A DNA stretch of 63,493 nucleotides, counting the filler, from Licmophora abbreviata (Eukaryota): the NCBI GenBank assembly GCA_900291995.1. It is 10 parts of 10 records of this genome, joined end to end, with 100 filler letters (N's around TTAATTAATTAA, not from the genome) between each part and the next. Parts side by side here need not be neighbours in the genome. Positions count along the whole stretch, not along the records: positions 44,475 to 63,493 come from OLMU01000664.1; 9 more parts are not named here. One strand, given 5' to 3'. Under the pieces are notes generated by a model. That model did no database searches and was not told the origin of the DNA. It saw only the letters and a list, made by a program, of their open reading frames with translations. Positions within the stretch are counted from its first letter, which is position 1, and the number at the start of each line of letters is the position of its first letter. Both the position numbers and the translations under genes were made by a program. This document shows positions 56,595-63,493 of this stretch, piece by piece.

Positions 56595-57139
56595 GGTGCT
56601 GCGATGATGAAGAACATGATGTGTGCAATGGCGTGTGCTCTGACGAGATTCAAGATGATGATTGTGATCGGCGGCGGCGCCGTTGATGCGTTTCGAATCG
56701 CGCGAAACCTTCTTGAAATCCCGCGCGAGTTCCACGGTATCTTCAATCTTCAAAAAAATCTTCATCCAATGTGCATGCCAACAGCTCGATCGCTCCTCTC
56801 TAATTTTCCCTTCCACAATGAGTGCTACCAGTAACGAAGGAAGGGATATCAATCGATTGAAAAATTCAGTTCAACAACGTCGAGCAACTCCTCGGCCTCT
56901 CTCTCCACAGCAGAGAGGGGAGAGTGTATATACGAATCGCGAAAGATCGTCTATCTGCAGAGAGAATGGGAGTAGCGCTTCTTATTCATTTAGTACCTAT
57001 CAAAAAGACTACTGCAAGTTCCGGTCTCGCGGTGTGATGGTACGTAAGGGTCAATGGCGCCAGAAAGACACAACGCAGAGTTTCGGAGGGTCGGCAGTCA
57101 CTCTGTCGGCGTTTCAACTGCGAGGCATCTTCGAGCTCC

Positions 57140-57433
57140 TCACTCCTCAACTTCATGCTCAGATTCGGAGGACTCGGGTTCATCGGACGACACATCGTCC
57201 TCGCCCTGTTCCTTCCTGGCCTTGCGTTCTGCCTTGCGCTGCGCTTTTTCCGCCTTGAGTGCGGCGATCTCCGCCTTGCGATCTGCCTTGAATTTCGCCC
57301 TCATTACTTCCTTCTCCTCCTTGGACTTGCCCTTGAGAGTCAACTTGAATGCTTCTTTCTTAGCCTGAAACTCCGCCTTGAGTGCGGCGCGAGCAGCCTG
57401 ACGGGCTGCTTTCCTTTCTTCCTTACTCGGCAT
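57140..57433 (-). CDS. Small Lys/Ala/Glu-rich helical protein (97 aa)
   Basis: ATG in good context (caaccATG), strongly biased codon use, charged helix with an acidic tail. Confidence 0.65.
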   Translation of the reverse strand: MPSKEERKAARQAARAALKAEFQAKKEAFKLTLKGKSKEEKEVMRAKFKADRKAEIAALKAEKAQRKAERKARKEQGEDDVSSDEPESSESEHEVEE

Positions 57434-57841
57434 GGTTGCTTGTGGGATTGTTTGCTATCCTGTGTGTGGTGGATGTGCCCAAGGTCGAGATTGTGTCACC
57501 ACCGTGGACACCGCGCCGAGTGAGTAATCTTCGTGGAGGCTCTACGGAGATTTCTACGTGGTTCTGCCATACAAGAATCGTGAAACGCGCCCGCCCAGTC
57601 CCGGATCTCATCATGAGACTCACCCGGAGATCTCATTTCGTGGTGCGTACGTCGTGCGTACGAAGATCCGCTCAGTTGCAGTTTTCAAATCGAAATTCGA
57701 AATTCGGCCATGTTTTATGTTTTGTGTGTGTGCCATGACAGATGTGATGCGCTGATAGAGGCAGGAGGCACATCATCAATCTTTCGAGGGTCGCGCTTCG
57801 CTCATCATCATGTCAAGCTGAGCTACTGATATACCTCGACG

Positions 57842-59421
57842 ATGAGTAAAGCTCGCGCTTGGTTATCTCGATCCCTCCTCTCTTCAGCGTCCCGTACCAA
57901 ACGCTTACTGACAACAACGACGAAAGAGGGATACCAATCGATTGGAAGTTTTCATTCTGAAAACGTTGAACACCTCCTCGAACTTTCGGATGCCGACTAC
58001 CGACCCCCTGAATTGCCTTTTGACGTCGATGGCTCGAATGCCATGGCGCCATCGGACAATGGTGACTTTCTGTTGGATAGAACGAAGTGGACCTTTCTGA
58101 ATCATGGTGCTTTCGGTGCTGCCCTCCGATGCGGCCACGTGCGAGCCCAGCAGTGGCGCGATCATCTCGAGCACCAACCGCTACGCTACTTTGATCGTGA
58201 TCTATTGCCTCACCTGGTATACTCAACCCGGCGACTTGCGGCCTTTGCGTATGCAAGAACATGTTCTGGAATGATTTTGTCGCAGAATGCCACGACGCTG
58301 CTCAATGCTGTGATTGCTGGATACGTTCGGACATGCGAACGACCGGTAATTGTACTGTGGGACACTACATATGGAAGCGTCAAAAAGATGGCACAGTGCT
58401 ATGGGGCAAGGGTTGTGGAGGTTCCTTTTCAGGAAGAGTACTTGTCCCGACTGATTACGAGCGATACCCCTCAGCAGGTCTTTCAAGATGCATTGGACGA
58501 AACGCTTGCCCAGAACAGAATTAGCAATCAGGGATCGATGATGAATAATGCTCTGCTGATCTTGGATCAAACGACATCCAACACGGCGCTGAACGTCTCT
58601 ATAGAATCCTTAGCCAAGCATGCAAAGGAGAGGTATGGCATGTTGGTACTGGTAGATGGTGCCCACGGCTTATTGGCACAGGATGTGAGTCTGCAGGATA
58701 TGGCAGACGATGTTGACTTCTATATTTCCAACGGCCACAAGTGGCTGTCATGCCCTCGAGGCGTCGCCATGTTACATTGTGGCAATGATGAACTGCGAAA
58801 TTCAGTTTTGCGACAGCCTGCTGTGGTGTCTCATGGGATTGATGATGGATATTTCAGGTATGCAATCGTGCTTAGCCTGTACAGATGCGATGACGATTCT
58901 GCTGTTGGGCTCGTTTGCTTGTGCGTGTTGAAGATATACCGTTCACGTTTAGTCTCTCTTTCCATTTACCCTATGCTAGCCGTTTCATCTGGGATGGGAC
59001 ACGAGACTACGCCGCGGAATTGGCGCTTCCGGTCGTTCTGGACTACTGGGCCCGTCAGGGTCCTGTAAAAGTCCGCGCGACTCTACGAAGCAAGCTCATT
59101 GAAGCTATTGCGGTGCTAGCCGACCTCTGGCACAATGTATCAACAATCGAGTCTTTGCCAGGTCATGTCACGATCGCTCCCGTCGCACTGCTGTCTCCCA
59201 TGGCCTTGGTGCGGCTCCCAGAGCCCGTCTGTGGGCACGCGACGCGGAACCCCAAGACGTCGACCGATGCCAAGCGCATACAAGACTATTTGTATGACAA
59301 CTGGATCGAAGCGCCCATTAAGAACATCAATGGTATCCTGTACGTTCGCATTTCGTGTCATGTCTACAATGACCTGCATGAGTACGAGCGACTAGGCCAA
59401 GTCATGCTTTCACTGTCTTAA
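57842..59421 (+). CDS. PLP-dependent class V C-S lyase (Egt2 / L-cysteine desulfhydrase / isopenicillin-N epimerase-like), 2 exons
   Basis: 'TFLNHGAFGA', 'LVDGAH', PLP lysine in 'SNGHKWL', 'FIWDGTRDY', 'YVRISCHVYN'. Intron 58858-58979. Confidence 0.88.
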
Positions 59422-59495
59422 CTCCTAGCAAAGAATGGAAAGTGTAAAGACAGTCTATGAATCTTCTTCTTTTAGCTACTAGTTTGCGGGTGCTA

Positions 59496-61003
59496 TTATG
59501 ACTCTGCGCTGGTCGGTGTCGCTTTTTCCAAACAAGAAAGTATCTTGCATTCTGTCGGGCATGGTCCGCTGTCGCTTTGAGACGGCGTTGGGACTGTTGT
59601 GCGGCGAGCGAGATCCGGGCGTTTCTGCTCAAGACCTTCGTACCATTGGCGCGCAAACTTATGTTCTTCCGCTACCACTTCCTCCCACATTCGTTCAAAT
59701 GGACCAAACTCTGATGCATAGTTATGTGTGACAGCCACAGTCAGCTCGAGGTTGAGCACGATGTGTGGCATCCCGCACGGAACGAAGACTGTTTCACCTG
59801 GACGCTGCAAACACTCGACAGGTTTCCACTTTTCTGGCCAGCTCGGGCTAGTGACCTTGTCATAGTAGTCTCGAAACCATACTATGGATTGAAGTTGATA
59901 CGGTCCATCCATACCAATTTCGTTCCGAGGAGTGTCAGGCGGGAAGAGCAACCATCGCTTAAGTCCCTGCAGTACCGTCACCCATGCATTGGTCCACAGT
60001 GGGTCGACATGAAGCCCTGTCCCACTACGCGCGGGACCGATCAAGATCCATCGATAGGGTGGTCGATTCTGCGTATTGGCCAATTCAAAGAGGTCTGGAC
60101 TAAAACAGGGTGGTACGTGGTACTCCTCGAGCAACTCGCAGGTCGCATCGTCCTCGCCAAACTCGGCATCGTAAATCGCAAGAGGCGAATCATCCGTCAG
60201 GCCTTCCGGGTTGGAAATATACTTTGCGTATGTCGACAATGGCATCATTTCACCATGATTGTCCGAGAATCTCCACAAAATATTGGAAAAGCGGGAGAGC
60301 AGGTGTTCGAATCTGTTGGGACATCCAATAGCACAGCAATAAAATGAGCGACTTGTGGGCACGCAAGAAACGACAAGTTCATAGCGCGCACTCACGTCCA
60401 ACCTCCACTGATCATGCCCCCATATTCTGTTTCTATCGGCATCGCCTTCCAGTCCTTGGTACAGTCTTCCACCAACACGGGCTCATTCCGGCGTTCCCAT
60501 TCCCATGCAAAACGTGTTGTACGAAAGCCTTCTTTCCACTCGACAGGAGTCGACATTTCCTCACACGATACTCTCGGTATTTTGCAAAGTGGTTCTTGCT
60601 GAAGTTTCTGTACTAGACCTTGCCACAGTGTGCTACTTGTACCGAGCCTCCCGCAGCACAGAAGAGATTCGCGTCGCATTAGTACACATCCAGCCCCGAC
60701 ATTCAAGAGACCCTGCAGGAATGGTGAGACGGGAACGATCCCTTCTTGTCTCCATCCGGGAATATCACACCCATCGAGGAGAGGGAGGTCGTTCTGGTCG
60801 TCATCATCGGGGTTGCCATCCGTCATCGCATCCTCTTGCGCGTACGATGGCAGGTAGAGTAGATGCGGGCGTTCGGCAGTCTTGACCACATGGACTTCGC
60901 AGCGTTCGTCCGAATCCAAAAAGGGAGATTGTCTTGGAGAGTCATCACCAGTGTACAAAGGTCTACTCTTGTTGTTGTGGGGAAAAGACGACGGCACGCT
61001 CAT
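59496..61003 (-). CDS. JmjC-domain hydroxylase/demethylase (JMJD6-like), 2 exons
   Basis: 'DDSPLAIYD', 'RPPYRWILIGPARSGTGLHVDP', 'GLKRWLLFPP', 'QRPGETVFVP.GMPHIVLNL...AVTHNY'. Intron 60395-60313. Start uncertain. Confidence 0.88.
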
Positions 61004-61354
61004 GGCGGCGGCCCATCAAACATCCTCCTCCTCCATCAGCATGGTCGTCTCCGAAAAGTTGAAAAAGTGTGTTGAGTTTTGGTGTCAATTCGTTTTCTAA
61101 CCGAGGTCCGTTTTCGTGGCCGTCGTGAGTTGGGTTATGAGCGTGTTTTTTGGTAGTCGCGCGCACCTCATCTCGTCGTGACACGATCAACGAGAATTCA
61201 GAATTCGAAATTGAACCATGATGACATGAATGAAACGCTGTGCTTCTCTGTTACCTATCCTGAGAGTCTGTGAAACGCACACAAGGCATATCCGCCAGAG
61301 CCGACTGTAGCATATATAAGAGAGAATCAGTGCTCTGCTGGGATAGACTCAAAC

Positions 61355-62203
61355 ATGGCATCCGAGAACTCATCGCTTCTCTATTCCGTAGTGTGGCTTC
61401 TAGCGCTCATCTTCCTAGTTTGGCCCCTAGCCTACTTTTGCTTCTCTTGGTGGGTCTTTTTGATGCCCTTTGAGTCCCTCCTGGTGGTTTTATTCAAGAC
61501 TGAGATTGGTAAGAGGAAGGTATACTGTTTGGCAGTTTGCTTCATCCATGCGAACTGGCATCTCATCGTCTCACTCACGATGATTTATGCATGACACAGT
61601 CTATGACGTGAATGCCTTTCTGGAAAGACTCGTCACATGGCCTCGTCTTTTCGGACAGGCCATTCTGGAAGGATGGACTAGTTTTCCTTCTCCACCTTCA
61701 CTCTCAGATACTACTTCTACTACTAGCCGCGCGGTCGACTTTCACCTGGAACCTGCGGCTCTAGTGTACACGGTCCTATGGCTACTGCTCTTCTTCTTTG
61801 TCTCTTGGCCTGTTGCCTACTTTGTAGGCGTGTGGTGGATTTTCTTGTTGCCGTTTGAAAGTGTCCTCGAAGCTCGTGAGTCGTCCATGTTCCTTGAATC
61901 ATTCGTCGAGATGGCTATTCTGTGTTCTCACTACATGTTTCTTCTTGTATCGTTCTCATTCTATATGTTATAGTCAAAGACGTCAACGGCTTTCTGGAAA
62001 AGTAAGATATATGTTCGTGAACCGTGTGTGGCTCATATCGTCGTATGTGACTCACTCTCTAGTTTCATCATACTTCACTCCATTATAGATTCGTTACGTG
62101 GCCCCGGTTGACGGCCAAAGCTACGCTGTCGCAGTACCGCGAGATTCCTCATCCTTTTCTGAAAGATGATGCGTCATCGAGTGGGTATCAGGGCATGGCG
62201 TAG
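61355..62203 (+). CDS. Small membrane protein made of two tandem copies of a ~70-aa domain, 4 exons
   Basis: Exons 61355-61508, 61600-61875, 61974-62001 and 62089-62203 give two repeats of 'L.Y.V.WLL...F..WP.AYF...WW.FL.PFES.L....DVN.FLE[RK].VTWPRL'. Confidence 0.82.
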
Positions 62204-62311
62204 TAGACTATGCTTAATGTTTAAAATTGGGCTTTACTAGATAGTACAAACCTTGTCGCAAAGGCACAGGTGGTCCACGCGCTCGCCAATATCCATTGTA
62301 AAACACAAGTG

Positions 62312-63493
62312 TCATTGTTTCTTGCCGCCCGGCGGTAGTGCCTTGTACCAATCGAATCGTTCCGCCTTCCCTTTCTTGGTATCGAGCTCATACTGGCGCT
62401 GTCGCTCGTGTCGTTCGTTATCATTGTTGTCTATCCTTCCACTGCTCTGGACAGCCTTCAGAAACTTCTTTGCACCACGACTCGTCTCATCAAACGGTTC
62501 TGATAGGGCAAGAAAGCTACCCCCTGTCGCACCGGCAAGATCCTTGTAACGTTCCAATCCTCTTTGTAGGCCGACAACAACTATGTGCCACTCAATGTCA
62601 TAACCCGCATTTTGGAGCTTACTCATCATTGGATCCATCCCACGCATACCTTGGTATCCAGAGGGAGACATGTTGTCCTCTCCGTCGGTCACCACCACAA
62701 GACGCAGTTTGCCCTTTCCTGGTCTGTATCGCTTCAATATGTCCTCCTGCACCATGTGCCAGAGGTATGTGCCGTTTCCCGACGCATCCCATCCGCTCAA
62801 GGCCAAGCTTCTTGAAATAGCAGAGCTGCCTGCTCCCTCCTCTCGCAATATCAAGCTCGGCGTATTCCCTCCCTCCTCTCGCAAGGCAAGCACAGAAGCT
62901 GTGCCACTGAACTTGAGGACTCGGCACGGCAATGGTCGAAGTAGCGGCCCAAGCGACTCTACCACCTTTTTGGCTTCCTCTAGTCGAGTTGGACTGAACC
63001 ACCCTTGGCTCATGGATTCGTTCATCGAAGGACTGTCGTCGAGGTACAGAGTCGTCTCAACGTCATTCACCACGACAGGATCCGACATGCCATCTACCAA
63101 AGTAGGAGCCACACTTTTGGCGATGTTCTTTACAAGCTCCACCATGTTACGACGTAGGGTAGTAGTCGACCCGGTGGCAGCGATGCCGCGTTTGCTGCTC
63201 CCAAACAAGGTGGGCGTTACTCGTGCGGACTTGGGCGCTGGCTTGTTCTCAACGGTGCCTTTCTTGTCGATAGACGAGGGTACCCGACGTTCCGAAACTC
63301 TATGATGGTCGTCGTGCTGGATAGACGACCCCTCATCGGAGGAGGAGGAGGAGGATGATGATGATTCGTAGTGCGTATCCTCCCAACTCCCGTGCGTGTA
63401 TCCCAATCCGTGCGTTGCAGCCGCCTGCTCGGCAGGGGACAGTTCGGACCAGGGCGAGAGCCAAGATGGCGGTGGTGCTTGGCGACCTCCCAT
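62312..63493 (-). CDS. vWA-domain protein, possibly 5'-truncated at the window edge
   Basis: MIDAS 'LYLDDSPSM', 'GTYLW', 'LVVVTDGEDN', 'HIVVVG', 'LAGATGG'. An N-terminal 'WSELS..EQAAA..LGY....W' unit precedes the domain. Confidence 0.78.
   Translation of the reverse strand: MGGRQAPPPSWLSPWSELSPAEQAAATHGLGYTHGSWEDTHYESSSSSSSSSDEGSSIQHDDHHRVSERRVPSSIDKKGTVENKPAPKSARVTPTLFGSSKRGIAATGSTTTLRRNMVELVKNIAKSVAPTLVDGMSDPVVVNDVETTLYLDDSPSMNESMSQGWFSPTRLEEAKKVVESLGPLLRPLPCRVLKFSGTASVLALREEGGNTPSLILREEGAGSSAISRSLALSGWDASGNGTYLWHMVQEDILKRYRPGKGKLRLVVVTDGEDNMSPSGYQGMRGMDPMMSKLQNAGYDIEWHIVVVGLQRGLERYKDLAGATGGSFLALSEPFDETSRGAKKFLKAVQSSGRIDNNDNERHERQRQYELDTKKGKAERFDWYKALPPGGKKQ

Noticed and set aside
1..63493. 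A functional gene cluster (operon or biosynthetic cluster) spanning the window
   Set aside because: Neighbouring genes are functionally unrelated housekeeping genes. Head-to-head spacing of 300-500 bp is normal for compact diatom genomes.

Overview
Eukaryotic nuclear DNA from a compact, gene-dense draft genome. It is almost certainly a diatom: introns are short GT-AG, several proteins have bipartite signal-peptide + 'A-x-A-F' plastid presequences, and there are two DUF6824 proteins. The window holds about 35 protein-coding genes, many head-to-head: SDHAF3, a BRCT/TopBP1-like protein, HIBCH, Nop12/RBM34, an FHA-RINGv-FHA ligase, organellar ArgRS, REEP/Yop1, a DHHC-type PAT, SLC4, CSN6, an MBD protein, a fucosyltransferase-like GT, an amidohydrolase, SulP, a phytol/farnesol kinase, a CREST protein, a GNAT, QCR7, transportin-1, DNAJC21, TrmO, an Egt2-like PLP lyase, a JmjC protein and a vWA protein. 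Nine artificial 100-nt gaps (N...TTAATTAATTAA...N) and about 7 single-base frameshifts indicate a low-polish assembly. The most notable observations are: (1) an intronless fusion of a catalytically degenerate archaeal-type RNase H and a degenerate retropepsin-like domain; (2) a DHFC palmitoyltransferase that has lost all four ligands of one zinc site; (3) a secreted Cys-repeat protein with a possibly cyanophage-like C-terminal domain, present as a full and a deleted copy; (4) an ArgRS presequence that yields either a plastid-like or a mitochondrion-like leader depending on how a frame break is resolved; (5) a probably cell-surface-anchored YtcJ-like amidohydrolase. No rRNA, tRNA, CRISPR array or intact transposon was seen. 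All family assignments come from motif recognition by eye, not database searches.
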